Counted from the stretch's first letter, positions 36,209-46,698 are shown. The stretch: 64,000 nucleotides of DNA from Treponemataceae bacterium (GCA_963678065.2 CAXXVZ010000004.1:352001-416000), one strand, 5' to 3'. The notes: generated by a model from the sequence alone, not told the origin. Translations and numbers: made by a program.

Positions 36209-37217
36209 GCTTCCGGTCTCCTTGTGTCTGTCGCGGTATCCGCGCCGGGATGGCCCTGGGGCGGGTGCCCCTCTTGAGGGAATCCGCGTACATAGCCGCG
36301 AGGATTATCCCGCCGCGGACGAAGGGGTAGAGGTAGGGCGAGGCCCCGACGTGATTCAGTCCATTTTCGATGATGCCGAGGGTGAGCGCGCCCAGCACGA
36401 AATTGGGAAGGATCGCTCCCTCGCCGCCGAAGAGGCTGATTCCACCGATGACGATGGCCGCGATGGCGGTGAATTCCATGCCCACACCCATCTGGAGCGT
36501 GACAGCCCCGATCTGGAAAACCATGAAGAGCCCGCCGAGACCGGCGCAGAAGCCTGACAGAACGAAGGCGGCAAGTGTGACTGCCTTGACCCGTATGCCG
36601 AGGCGGCCCGCCGTCTCCTTGTTGTTTCCGATAGCCATGATGTGGCGACCGAAAGGCGTCCTCGTGTGGACGAGATGGACGACGAAAAGGAAGGCGATGC
36701 CTATCAGTATGTCGAGATAGACGGGGCCGATGCGGAAATTTCCGAATGCGCGGAGGCCTTCGTCGATGCTTATGACGCGGGAACCCGTGATCTGAAGGGC
36801 GAGGCCGCGGAATACGAACATCGAGCCCATCGTCGTGATGAGCGGGTTGACCTTCAGGTACACGAAGACCAGGCCGTTGAGAAGGCCGCAGGCCGCGCCG
36901 GTCCCGACGACGAGAGGAAGGGCCAGAACGGGGGAAAGGCCTGATCTCGCCATGAGCACGGCGCCGATCGCGCTGCTGAAAAAGGAAATCGAGCCTATGG
37001 ATATGTCCAGGTTGCCGGTCATGACGATGAGGGCGAGCCCCGCAGCCATGATCATGAGGGGCGCACTGGCGTGAAAGAGGCCGAGAATGTTGGTCACTGA
37101 CAGAAAACGCTGTGTCGAAAGAGAAAATCCCAGCACCACGAGGCAGAGGATGACGATGAACCCGTACTCGCGCAGAATCCCGGCAAACCGGGCTATCGGC
37201 GTGTTCTCACGCTTCAT
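36201..37217 (-). CDS. Sugar ABC transporter permease
   Basis: TGNLDISIG, AIGNN, AIVIGGISLFGG. Confidence 0.9.
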   Translation of the reverse strand: MKRENTPIARFAGILREYGFIVILCLVVLGFSLSTQRFLSVTNILGLFHASAPLMIMAAGLALIVMTGNLDISIGSISFFSSAIGAVLMARSGLSPVLALPLVVGTGAACGLLNGLVFVYLKVNPLITTMGSMFVFRGLALQITGSRVISIDEGLRAFGNFRIGPVYLDILIGIAFLFVVHLVHTRTPFGRHIMAIGNNKETAGRLGIRVKAVTLAAFVLSGFCAGLGGLFMVFQIGAVTLQMGVGMEFTAIAAIVIGGISLFGGEGAILPNFVLGALTLGIIENGLNHVGASPYLYPFVRGGIILAAMYADSLKRGTRPRAIPARIPRQTQGDRKHG

Positions 37218-38731
37218 TTCAGGACCTCCTGACGCGCCCCGACGGCCGCCGAAAGCAGCTCTTCCTTGCTCGCGCCGGAATCGAGCCGCGCGACTATCCT
37301 TCCCCGGTCGATGACGAGGTAGCGGTGACTGACGCTCATGATTTCCTCTATCTCCGAAGAGATGACGAGGATGGAGGCTCCGCCCGAGGCCAGGGTTCCG
37401 ATCATTTCCTGGATTTCGATTTTCGCCCCCACGTCGAGCCCCCGCGTCGGTTCGTCCATGATCAGGATGGGAGGATTCTTCTGCAGCCACCGGCTCAGGA
37501 TGACCTTCTGCTGATTGCCCCCCGAGAGGGTCGCGACGGGCTGCTCCATATCCGATACCTTGATGCCGAGTCGGGCGATGAGCCGCCCTGCCTCGGATTT
37601 TTCTCTTTTCTCGTCGATGAGAGGCCAGAACTTCGAGACAAGGCCGGGAAGACTTGCCAGAGAAATGTTTTTCCTGACCGATGAGCGCAGAAGGAGCCCG
37701 TCATCGCGGCGGTTTTCGGTGATGAGCCCTATCCATTTCTGGGCCGATCTCTGCCTGATGCGCGCGCGGCCCGCGGGCGTGCCGACAGAAATTTCGCCTC
37801 TGTCGATCGAATCGAGCCCGGCAAGAGCCCTGGCGAGCTCCGTCCTGCCGGAACCGAGGAGTCCCCAGAGTCCGACAACCTCACCTTTGTGCAGCTCGAA
37901 GTCTATATTTTCGATCACGCCGGACCTGGTCAGATCCCTGACCTCGAGCGCGATGGCCCCGGATCGCTTTTTTGCCACGCCCGGCGCGCCCCGGAGATCC
38001 GGCTGTGCCCTTCCGAGCATGAGCTGCACGATTTTTTCGTAATTCAGGGCGCCGATGGAATCCCCGCCTGCGACCTCCCCGTTCCTGAGCACCAATGCCC
38101 GATCGCAGAGAGTGAAAACCTCGTCGAGGAAATGCGTGATGTAGATGATGGTGGCTCCGCCCGCCTTGAGCTTTTTTATCACGCCGAAGAGCCTCTCCTT
38201 CTCCAGGCCGGAAAGAGACGATGTCGGCTCGTCGAAGATGACTATCCGGGGGTTCCCGAGGAGGGCCCTCGCGATCTCGACCATCTGGCGGTCGCCTGAG
38301 CCAAGGTTTTTCACCTTGGTTTTCGGAGGAAACGAGCAGCCGAGGGACTTGAGGATTTCCGAGCACCGCGCAGTCGCCGATCTGAAATCGATGAGCCGGG
38401 CGCCTGTTCTCGGAAAGGATGAAATGTACATGTTTTCCGCTATCGTCATGGTGGGCAGAAGGGCCATCTCCTGATGGACGAAGGCGATGCCGCACCGGGC
38501 GGCGTCAAGGGGGCTGTTGATGGCAGCGGGCTTTCCCCCGATCTCGATGCTCCCGGAATCCATGCGAAGGACGCCGCCCAGCACGTTCATGAGCGTGCTC
38601 TTGCCGGCTCCATTCGCTCCTATGAGAGCCAGGACCTCCCCCGGAAAGGCCTCGAGGCTTATGCCGTTCAGAGCCCTGATGCCCGGAAAACTTTTGGTGA
38701 TTCCCGTCAATTTCAGACTGGATGCTGTCAT
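37214..38731 (-). CDS. Sugar ABC transporter ATP-binding protein
   Basis: GANGAGKST, FDEPT, LSGGNQQK, DEPTRGLDVG. Confidence 0.93.
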   Translation of the reverse strand: MTASSLKLTGITKSFPGIRALNGISLEAFPGEVLALIGANGAGKSTLMNVLGGVLRMDSGSIEIGGKPAAINSPLDAARCGIAFVHQEMALLPTMTIAENMYISSFPRTGARLIDFRSATARCSEILKSLGCSFPPKTKVKNLGSGDRQMVEIARALLGNPRIVIFDEPTSSLSGLEKERLFGVIKKLKAGGATIIYITHFLDEVFTLCDRALVLRNGEVAGGDSIGALNYEKIVQLMLGRAQPDLRGAPGVAKKRSGAIALEVRDLTRSGVIENIDFELHKGEVVGLWGLLGSGRTELARALAGLDSIDRGEISVGTPAGRARIRQRSAQKWIGLITENRRDDGLLLRSSVRKNISLASLPGLVSKFWPLIDEKREKSEAGRLIARLGIKVSDMEQPVATLSGGNQQKVILSRWLQKNPPILIMDEPTRGLDVGAKIEIQEMIGTLASGGASILVISSEIEEIMSVSHRYLVIDRGRIVARLDSGASKEELLSAAVGARQEVLK

Positions 38732-38735
38732 GGCT

Positions 38736-39743
38736 TCACTCCTGGCTTCGCTTCGACCGCGAATCGATCGCGACGACGGCGATGATGACAAGACCCTTCA
38801 CGATCAGCGTCGCGTAGTAGGAAAGGTGGGCCATGTTCATGATGTTGCTTATCATCGTGATGATGACGGCGCCGAGTACGGCCCCGGGAAAGAAGCCGGC
38901 CCCGCCGTTGATGCTCACGCCGCCGACGACAGCTGACCCTACGACATTGAGCACGACGCCCTCCTGGCCCATCGTCGAGGAGGCGGAGGCGAGTCTCGCC
39001 GTCACGATTATCGCCGCGAGCCCTGCGAAGAAGCCGGCGAAGACGTAGGCGCCGAACAGGACCAGCCTCTTCGGAATTCCGCTCACCCGCGCCGTCTCGG
39101 CATTGATGCCCACCGCGTAGAGCCAGCGGCCGAATATGCTTTTCCCCGCAAGAAGGCCTACGACGAGGGCCGTGACCGCGAGGGCGAGCACAGGAAAGGG
39201 GATGATCCAGATCCTGGCCATGACGAAGTCCAGAAATCCCTGGTGCAGACCGAGCACACTGACGGAGTTGGTTATCATGACGCAGGCGCCCATGGCGATG
39301 GCCTGAGTCGAAAGCGTCACCACGAAGGGAATCATCCTGAGATACGCGACTGCGAAGCCATTGAGCGCGCCTCCCGCGATGCCGACGCCTACCATCATGA
39401 GGGCTCCGATCACGGGATTGCCGCCCGAGCGCATGTACATGGAGCCCAGGATTCCGCCGAGCGCCATGAGTGCGGGTATCGAGAGGTCCATGCCCCCGGT
39501 GATGAGGACGGCCGTCATGCCGATGGCCATGAAGCCGAGCGCCGAGGACTGCATGAGGATGTTGACGAGATTGTTGACCGTGAAAAAATTCCTGACCGTG
39601 AGGCCGAGAACGGCCGTGATCGCCAGAAAGAGGATGAGCGGCAAGAGCCGGACGAGAGGCCGTACGGCAGCCCCCGGGGCGCCAGCCTTCCGTCCGCCGA
39701 TCCGGAGCTCCGGAACAGGCTTCGCTGCGCTAGTGTGATTCAT
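38736..39743 (-). CDS. Sugar ABC transporter permease
   Basis: TGGMDLS, YAVGIN..ARVSG, AVVGGVSINGG. Confidence 0.9.
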   Translation of the reverse strand: MNHTSAAKPVPELRIGGRKAGAPGAAVRPLVRLLPLILFLAITAVLGLTVRNFFTVNNLVNILMQSSALGFMAIGMTAVLITGGMDLSIPALMALGGILGSMYMRSGGNPVIGALMMVGVGIAGGALNGFAVAYLRMIPFVVTLSTQAIAMGACVMITNSVSVLGLHQGFLDFVMARIWIIPFPVLALAVTALVVGLLAGKSIFGRWLYAVGINAETARVSGIPKRLVLFGAYVFAGFFAGLAAIIVTARLASASSTMGQEGVVLNVVGSAVVGGVSINGGAGFFPGAVLGAVIITMISNIMNMAHLSYYATLIVKGLVIIAVVAIDSRSKRSQE

Positions 39744-39831
39744 TGCGTTCTCCAGATGGGCATGTATCGCGGGAATGGACCGGCGGCCCGAAGGCCGCCG
39801 GTCGCGGAACCGGTGTCCGTGAGGGAGTTTC

Positions 39832-40839
39832 TCAGTCTTTGTACTCGCGGGCCCACATCTTTTCGAGCTTGTCGACATTGGAAGGGGTGGCGACCCGGCC
39901 GGCGACGAGGAAATCCTGACCGTTGAGCTTCTCGCCCGAGGCGAGGCGGACCGCTACCTTGACGAGTTCCACGGCGTGGAAGTAGGCGTCATAGGTTGTC
40001 GCCACGTCGATGTAGCCCTTCTTCATCGCCTCGTAACCCTGAGGATTGACGTCCTGCGTGGCGATATACATGTGCTTCGGATCCCCGATGGGAGCCCAGC
40101 GTCCTGCGTTCTGCAGCGCGGTCTGCACCGCGGAGAAGGCGAAGTCGCTGGCTATGAACATGCAGTTGGCCTCGGGGTGGGCCTGGAGGGCGTTGGCCGT
40201 CCCGGTCATGAACTTCTGGGGGTCCCACTCGGTCGGAACCTGGATCACGGTGCTCCACTGCCCCTTTTCGCTCTCGACCTTGTGCCAGCCGTTGGATCTC
40301 TGGACCGCGTTCATGTCGCGCAGGTCGCCCATGAGCTCGATGGCCTTGCCCTTGATTCCCTTGTCCGCCAGGATCTTGGCGAAGGCCTCCGCCGTGGAGA
40401 TGGCCTGATTGAAGCTGTCGGCGCCGACGTGGGCGTCGGGCTTCACGCCGGAAGACTTCCGGTCGAAGGTGATGAATTTGACCCCGGCCTTGCGCGCCGC
40501 CGTAATGGAAGCTCCGATCGCGGCCGCATCGTGGGGCCTCGCTATGATGATGTCCACCTTCTGGTTGATGAGATCTTCTATATTGGAAGCCTGCTGCGAG
40601 GGATCGCTGTCGGCGACGTTCACGATCCACTTGAACGCGATGCCGTTCTTTTTGCCGTATTCGGCGCTGTAGCTCTTCATGTAGTCTTCCCAGGCCTGGA
40701 TCAGGGCGTGCATCTTCTCGTTCCACGAAATACCGATGGTAATCGTTTTGGGTGTTCCCGGGCTCTGCGCCCAGACGGAAGTCGATGCGCCGAAAACCGC
40801 GAGACACAGCGCGAGACACAGAATCATTTTGCCCTTCAT
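39832..40839 (-). CDS. Sugar ABC transporter substrate-binding protein
   Basis: Signal peptide; class I periplasmic binding fold motifs (QASNIEDLI, ITFDR). Confidence 0.88.
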   Translation of the reverse strand: MKGKMILCLALCLAVFGASTSVWAQSPGTPKTITIGISWNEKMHALIQAWEDYMKSYSAEYGKKNGIAFKWIVNVADSDPSQQASNIEDLINQKVDIIIARPHDAAAIGASITAARKAGVKFITFDRKSSGVKPDAHVGADSFNQAISTAEAFAKILADKGIKGKAIELMGDLRDMNAVQRSNGWHKVESEKGQWSTVIQVPTEWDPQKFMTGTANALQAHPEANCMFIASDFAFSAVQTALQNAGRWAPIGDPKHMYIATQDVNPQGYEAMKKGYIDVATTYDAYFHAVELVKVAVRLASGEKLNGQDFLVAGRVATPSNVDKLEKMWAREYKD

Positions 40840-41039
40840 GCTCTTCCTCCTCTAAGGAATGTCGTGATGGGCACAGTGTCGACCCGGTTTCCGGAAACGG
40901 CATAGAGACGAGTTCCTGCGATCAGTTCACTTTTCAGCTCTCCGCTTGTTTGAAATCGGCACTTTCTTTCACTTATCGCACCTTTTCATTGTCCACAGCG
41001 AAAAGTGGACGTATAGTTCGGTATGAAAGGGCGGCGGGA

Positions 41040-43001
41040 ATGACAGCTCGGGAAAAAACAAAGGGAAAACACTCACTGCTCCAGGTGTTTTTCCTCGCGA
41101 GCGCGGTTCTGATCCTTGTCCTCACCGGCATCGTCTTCTTCGTCGGGAACAACATCGTCACGATAAAGGATCTCTCCGTCAGCGCCTCGGAGCTTCTCGT
41201 AAAATGGAATGCGCTCAATGTGGCGACCCAGGACATTCTTCTCGGACGCTCGGACCCCCCGATTCCGGAGACGGAGGGACTCGAGACTTTCCGGAAGGAC
41301 TGGATTTCGAAGGCTCAGAGCTTCGACGCGCTGTTCGGGAATCTCCGGGAGGGAAAGAAACTCGCGTTCCTGAAAAAAGAATGGCGGGACAAGATGGACT
41401 CGGCGCTGGCGCTGTGGACCATCACCTATGAAAAACTGATCGCGGCGGACAAGGATCTCGGCGCAATCATCGCGTCGGGCCTCGGAGCCAAGGTCTTTCC
41501 GGGTCTCATCTACAACTATTACAGCAAACGCGGCCAGCGGGATCTGAGCTTCGACGAAATCGTCCTTCTCATGAATTTCACCAACAAAATCACGATCCTC
41601 ACCATCTCGGGCAACGAGTTCAACAGCACCGTAAATGAGATCGCCGACGCCATCCACTCCGAGTCGAACGCGGAAATCCGGAGGATCATCGCGTTCTCGC
41701 TCTGTCTCCTCATCCTTTTCCTGGTCACCATCGCCGTCATCCTCCGAATTCAAGAGGAGTACGCGGCCCTCCGCGCTGAAAAGGGAATTCTGGAGGAGGA
41801 TGCGCGGAACCGGGCTGTGCGGGAATGGATACTGGGTACGGGGGATGCCGATGGGCAGGTCCCCGCGGCGGGCGCATTGGGGAACAGCCGCGCGGGCATC
41901 GATCCCGAAGCCGGATTGGCCCTCATCCTTCTCAGGGTAAACCGCTTCTCCGAATTCTGCGCCAATCACAGCAAAAAGGACCGGGACAGGATTCTGTCTT
42001 CCGCCCTCAGACTGGCCGGGAACGTCGCGGACAGACGCTCCATAGCCTGCGTGGGAGTCGATTTCGAACAGCATCTGGCTCTTGTCCTGAATCCGCCCGG
42101 CGCTCCGGGCGACGAGGCGACGCGCGAGGTTCTGAAATCATTCGCGCTCGAAATCGCAGAATCGCTCGCCCGCAATCTCGATATACGGCTCTCCGCGACA
42201 GCCTGCCTTGTGCGCGGCGATGTCCGGTCCCTGGGCGATGCCTATGTCAGGGCGATCCAGGCTTCGAATTACCGCTTTACCTTGGGCTCGGAGCTGCTTA
42301 TCTGGGCCGACGCGGTCGGGTCGAACGATCCGGAAAGCTACGAGTATCCCCTGGAAAGGGAAAAGGCGCTCTGCAACGCCATAAAATCGGGAAAGAGCGA
42401 GGAAGCCCGGGCCGAATACCAGGCGATAACCAGGAACGCGGCGCGCTTTTCGTACAATGTCGCGCAATCCACGGTGCTCCGCATCGCCCTCGCCGTCAGC
42501 TCGACGATCGAGCTGATCGAAAAAAGCCACAACACGAAGATTCTCGCCGACATCGTCTCGCTGGTCGCGTCGATCAATGGCCTCGAAACCCTCGATGAAG
42601 TGGATATGGCCTTCTACGACGTGTTCAGGACCGTGACCCGGTATCTGGACGAAACGAGAAAGGACCGGCACACGCTCATCATCGGCGGCGTGAACAAAAT
42701 CATAGAAGCGAACTACAGGAACCCGAACCTGTCCATCGATCTCATCGCCGACGAACTCAGACTCTCAGCCAGCTACATCGGAAGGGTATACAGGAAGCTG
42801 ACGTCGAAATCCGTGGCCGAGGCGATCAACGAAAAACGGCTCACTATCGCCACGGCACTCCTCGTCGAGAAGGATTGCACGATCAGCGAGATCACCACCA
42901 GCATCGGAATCACGAACAGCGCCTATTTTTACACGCTTTTCAAGAGAACCTACGGCCTCACGCCGAATGAATACCGCAGGAATATACTTCCTGCGAACTG
43001 A
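41040..43001 (+). CDS. Membrane-anchored AraC family regulator (2 TM, extracytoplasmic helical region, C-terminal HTH)
   Basis: TMs at VFFLASAVLILVLTGIVFFV and IIAFSLCLLILFLVTIAVIL; C-terminal NPNLSIDLIADEL..SASYIGR..YFYTLFKRTYGLTPNEYR. Confidence 0.85.
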   Translation: MTAREKTKGKHSLLQVFFLASAVLILVLTGIVFFVGNNIVTIKDLSVSASELLVKWNALNVATQDILLGRSDPPIPETEGLETFRKDWISKAQSFDALFGNLREGKKLAFLKKEWRDKMDSALALWTITYEKLIAADKDLGAIIASGLGAKVFPGLIYNYYSKRGQRDLSFDEIVLLMNFTNKITILTISGNEFNSTVNEIADAIHSESNAEIRRIIAFSLCLLILFLVTIAVILRIQEEYAALRAEKGILEEDARNRAVREWILGTGDADGQVPAAGALGNSRAGIDPEAGLALILLRVNRFSEFCANHSKKDRDRILSSALRLAGNVADRRSIACVGVDFEQHLALVLNPPGAPGDEATREVLKSFALEIAESLARNLDIRLSATACLVRGDVRSLGDAYVRAIQASNYRFTLGSELLIWADAVGSNDPESYEYPLEREKALCNAIKSGKSEEARAEYQAITRNAARFSYNVAQSTVLRIALAVSSTIELIEKSHNTKILADIVSLVASINGLETLDEVDMAFYDVFRTVTRYLDETRKDRHTLIIGGVNKIIEANYRNPNLSIDLIADELRLSASYIGRVYRKLTSKSVAEAINEKRLTIATALLVEKDCTISEITTSIGITNSAYFYTLFKRTYGLTPNEYRRNILPAN

Positions 43002-43108
43002 AGGCCTTTGTGCGGCCGATCCGCCGATTGCCGGCGGTTGCATCGCCGACTCGCCGGATTGCCGGCCCGGTTTATCTCCGATTGCCGGCTCATTTTCCGG
43101 TTTCCCGT

Positions 43109-44113
43109 TCACTTCCGGGCAAGGACAACGCCCCACAGATCGTCCATGGTGTCTATGTTCGCGGCAGTCACGACCCGGCCGGGAACAAGAAAAACCTTCT
43201 GGCTCATGGACCTTCCGGTCCCGATGGAGAGAATGCTCTGCACGAGCATGGTCGTCATCGGCCATATGTCGAAGGCCGTATCGACATCGATGTAGCCTGC
43301 GCGGATGAGGGGTTCTCCATTCGGAAACACATCCTGGCTTCCGATAAAAAAATGCTCGGGGTCGGGATAGGGAGCCCACCTGCCGATCTTCCGGAGGCTG
43401 GCCTCGACGCCGTCCATCAACCAGTCGGAGGCGCAAAAAATGGCCGTCGCCTCCGGATGCCCGGCGAGCGCCGCGTCGAGTCCTGCCTCGACCTTTTCCG
43501 GAATCCAGTCCGAGTGAACCTCCGCGATTATCTCGGCTCCCATCTCCGCGGCCGCCCGCTTCAGGCCCTCGCTGCGGTTGAGCGCGTTCCTGTCGCCGAG
43601 GGAGCCCGTGATGTTGATGATCCTAGGACGAATTCCTTGTTCCTTCATCCGCTTGATGAGGGCGACCCCCGTCGTATAGGCCTGATCGATGGTGTCGAGA
43701 CCGATATAGGCATCAGGGACGAGAACCGGATCGGGGTCGGTGGCCCGATTGTACACTATGACCTTTATCCCCGCCGCGTGCGCTTCGCCGATGAGGGGAA
43801 GGACGGCTTTCGAGTCCTGCGGCATTATCACGATGATGTCGGGTTTTTTCGCTATGGCCGCCCTGATGTTCTGCAGCTGTTTCGGCGTCGAGGCGTACGC
43901 GTAGGAGAAGGAGACCAGAATATCCTTCCGGGGCGACTGAATGGCCTTGAGGAGAAAGGCCTCCATCGCGTGGTAGATATCGATGTCCTCGGCGCCGAAG
44001 GAAAATTCGACCCGGATCTGTCTGGGTTTCGCGGGCCCCTTCGCGGTGCATCCCGACAAGACCGCCATCGCGAACACAAGAAATACAGCACTCCTGACCA
44101 CGATCCGCACCAT
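43109..44113 (-). CDS. Sugar-binding lipoprotein, paralogue of the 39832 SBP, with no permease of its own
   Basis: Lipobox LSGC; shares PDAxxGxD, GRWAP..DP.H, QDV, GYIDV and FLV.GRV with the 39832 protein. Confidence 0.85.
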   Translation of the reverse strand: MVRIVVRSAVFLVFAMAVLSGCTAKGPAKPRQIRVEFSFGAEDIDIYHAMEAFLLKAIQSPRKDILVSFSYAYASTPKQLQNIRAAIAKKPDIIVIMPQDSKAVLPLIGEAHAAGIKVIVYNRATDPDPVLVPDAYIGLDTIDQAYTTGVALIKRMKEQGIRPRIINITGSLGDRNALNRSEGLKRAAAEMGAEIIAEVHSDWIPEKVEAGLDAALAGHPEATAIFCASDWLMDGVEASLRKIGRWAPYPDPEHFFIGSQDVFPNGEPLIRAGYIDVDTAFDIWPMTTMLVQSILSIGTGRSMSQKVFLVPGRVVTAANIDTMDDLWGVVLARK

Positions 44114-44138
44114 TCACTCCCCCGTACCGGAAGACGCA

Positions 44139-44951
44139 TTATAGCACGCGCTGCGGCTCCGGCATGGACAATGTCGCCGGCATTTCGTACTTCGTGTTCA
44201 CCCTGTCCGGGCCGGTGGCGAGGTCGGGACGGCCTGTCTGCAGGTAGAGCCTGACATCCGAGAGGCTTCCCATCACGCCGTGAACGCGGGCCAGGGTCGC
44301 GGCGTCGGGCTGCACGAGGTCGGGCACCATGACGGGGATCGCTCCCGCCGCGTGGGCGGCCGCGATGCCGATCCGCGAATCCTCGAGCACGAGGCAGCGT
44401 CCGGGAGAGGTTCCGAGCCGGGCCGCGGCGCTCAGGTAAATCTCGGGGGCGGGTTTGCAGCGAAGGACCTCGTCGCCGCAGACGACGACCTGGAAAAAAC
44501 CGGCGACACCGGATCGGGCAAGCAGTGGCTCGACCCTCGCCCTGTTCGTCGAGGTGGCGACCGCCATCGGAATGCCCGCCGCTCGGAGGAAGGCGAGGAG
44601 CTCGCGCAATCCCTCCTTAACCGGCACGCCGTATTCGTCCAGATGAAGGGCTGCGATCTCGAGCCTGAGCCGGCGCAGTTCGTCGTAGGGGAAGGATTCT
44701 CCGTACAGTTTTGCGAGGATGGGCTTCATGCTGCCGGCAGCTGTCCCGACCATGGCCAGAAACACCTCCCTTCCGACGGCATAACCGAGCTGCTCTGCGG
44801 CCGCGACCCAGGAATCGACGGCCACGCGCTCGGTGTCGAACATGAGGCCGTCCATATCGAAAATGGCCGCCTCGATCTGCGCGTCCCCGACACGAAGGGA
44901 ACCAGAGCGCGATCGGGGACCACAGTCACCGGCACAGGTATCGTCTTTCAT
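44139..44951 (-). CDS. HAD family phosphatase (beta-PGM/CbbY-like)
   Basis: FDMDGLMFDTE, VATST, KPAPEIY, LEDS. Start uncertain. Confidence 0.85.
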   Translation of the reverse strand: MKDDTCAGDCGPRSRSGSLRVGDAQIEAAIFDMDGLMFDTERVAVDSWVAAAEQLGYAVGREVFLAMVGTAAGSMKPILAKLYGESFPYDELRRLRLEIAALHLDEYGVPVKEGLRELLAFLRAAGIPMAVATSTNRARVEPLLARSGVAGFFQVVVCGDEVLRCKPAPEIYLSAAARLGTSPGRCLVLEDSRIGIAAAHAAGAIPVMVPDLVQPDAATLARVHGVMGSLSDVRLYLQTGRPDLATGPDRVNTKYEMPATLSMPEPQRVL

Positions 44952-45078
44952 AGAGCCTACGTTTTTACACAAGAGACAGCGTCACGACAAGCTGTCCTTC
45001 GGTTAGATTTCCGGATGAGGCAATACGGCTGTCCGGTCCCGCCCTTGCCGGCACAGATGTGGCCTTTCGTCGCGACCG

Positions 45079-45741
45079 TCAGTCCAGCGCGGCGGGCTCC
45101 GGCGCGTGCGCAAGGTCGGGCGCGCACCAGAGCGCCCCGGCATCGCGCAGAACCGCCTCGGAGAAACTCGTCGTGATGCCGAGGCAGCGCGCGCCCGCGG
45201 CCACTCCCGCCTTCAGGCCGTTCACGGCATCCTCGACAACGAGGCATTCTTCGGGCCTGACGCCTATCCTGCGCGCGGCCTCGATGTAGATGTCGGGGAA
45301 TGGTTTCTTCCGGACCACATCCCCTCCCGTCACGACGGCGTCGAAGGCCGACTCGTCGATGCCGAGAAACTCGAGGTTGATGAGGACCTTGACCCTGTCG
45401 GCGGCGGAGGCGAGCGCGATGCGCAGACCGGAGGACCTGCAGGCGCGCAGGTATTCCACCGCTCCAGGAAGGACTTTCATGCCGCGCTGCCCCGTGCCCG
45501 CGCACTCGCCGTAGATCGCGTAGGTCGCGGCCTTCGCCTCGTCGATATCGATGACGATCCCGTACTTCTCCGCGACGCCGCCTATGTAGCGGCTCTCTCC
45601 CGCGCCGACGAAGGGCAGGAAATCGTCGTGGCGCACGGCGAGTCCGTATTTGCGGGCGAACATCTGGAGGGCGGCCTCTGCGATGAGTGCTTCGGAATCG
45701 ACGAGCACTCCGTCCATGTCGAACAAAACAGCGGAAATCAT
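45079..45741 (-). CDS. HAD family phosphatase
   Basis: FDMDGVLVDSE, LASAA, KPFPDIY, VEDA. Confidence 0.88.
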   Translation of the reverse strand: MISAVLFDMDGVLVDSEALIAEAALQMFARKYGLAVRHDDFLPFVGAGESRYIGGVAEKYGIVIDIDEAKAATYAIYGECAGTGQRGMKVLPGAVEYLRACRSSGLRIALASAADRVKVLINLEFLGIDESAFDAVVTGGDVVRKKPFPDIYIEAARRIGVRPEECLVVEDAVNGLKAGVAAGARCLGITTSFSEAVLRDAGALWCAPDLAHAPEPAALD

Positions 45742-45781
45742 CGGAACTCCTTGGGGCTGCGGTGTGGCGGTGCGGATCAAA

Positions 45782-46597
45782 TCAGATGTAGCGTTTGAGG
45801 GGCGAACCCGTGACGAATGCGTAGAGCTCGATGTACTGCTTGATCGTGCTGCGGCCCAGCTTGGCGATCAGCACTTCCTCGATCTGGAAGAATCCGACCT
45901 CGGAGGACATCTCCACCATGATGGATATGGGTTTTTCTCCGCCGGCCTGGATGTGGACATCCTCGATGGAACTCGCGGAATACTTGTGTATGTCGCCTAC
46001 GCGGGGCTCGTTCCCGAGCGAGAGAGGGATTCGCGCCCTGCCCTTCTGTATGTCGCAGCCGTCGGCGACAAGGATGACACCCGCCTCGAGCGAGTGTATG
46101 GCGCGCGTGCCCATGTGGCCCGATATTCCTTCGATCGCGAGGGAGCGGAGAATGAAGCGCCGGCTCGCGTCGTCATGGAAGACGGCGGCGAGAACGCGGT
46201 CGATCACGGGAAGGCCGAGGTAGACAGAGTGGAGCTCGTGGTCCTGGCGCCCGATCGTCATGCCGAGATCGTGAAGGAATGAGGCGAGGATGACGGCGAC
46301 GAGACTGTCGGAAAAGCTGCCGATCTCCTCCTCCTCGAGGCTCGTCTTCACGCCGGCTTTTTTCAAGAGGTTCATCATGAGGATGGCGTTGAGCACCACC
46401 GTGCGCATGTGGACGGGGCCGTGGTCGTTGAAACCGAGGCGTTTGATCGAGACGGTGTTGGCGTAGTCCTGCATGATCTGGACTTCGGGATCGTCCATGA
46501 GGAGCTGCGCGGTCTTGAAGGCCGGATTGTCGCGGCCATACTCGGAAAGGAGCGAGAGGATCTTCCTCTCCAGCACCATTTCCTTGGGGGATTTCAT
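45782..46597 (-). CDS. HD-domain phosphohydrolase
   Basis: FNDHGPVH, FLHDLG, GHM, VADGCD. Confidence 0.85.
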   Translation of the reverse strand: MKSPKEMVLERKILSLLSEYGRDNPAFKTAQLLMDDPEVQIMQDYANTVSIKRLGFNDHGPVHMRTVVLNAILMMNLLKKAGVKTSLEEEEIGSFSDSLVAVILASFLHDLGMTIGRQDHELHSVYLGLPVIDRVLAAVFHDDASRRFILRSLAIEGISGHMGTRAIHSLEAGVILVADGCDIQKGRARIPLSLGNEPRVGDIHKYSASSIEDVHIQAGGEKPISIMVEMSSEVGFFQIEEVLIAKLGRSTIKQYIELYAFVTGSPLKRYI

Positions 46598-46698
46598 TAA
46601 AAAAACATCTCCATAACAGTGGAATTCCGCTGCGCGGCGCCTCGACGAAGCGCGCGCTGCAGTGGCGGGGATCGCGAACGATCCCCGCTTTCAAGATA

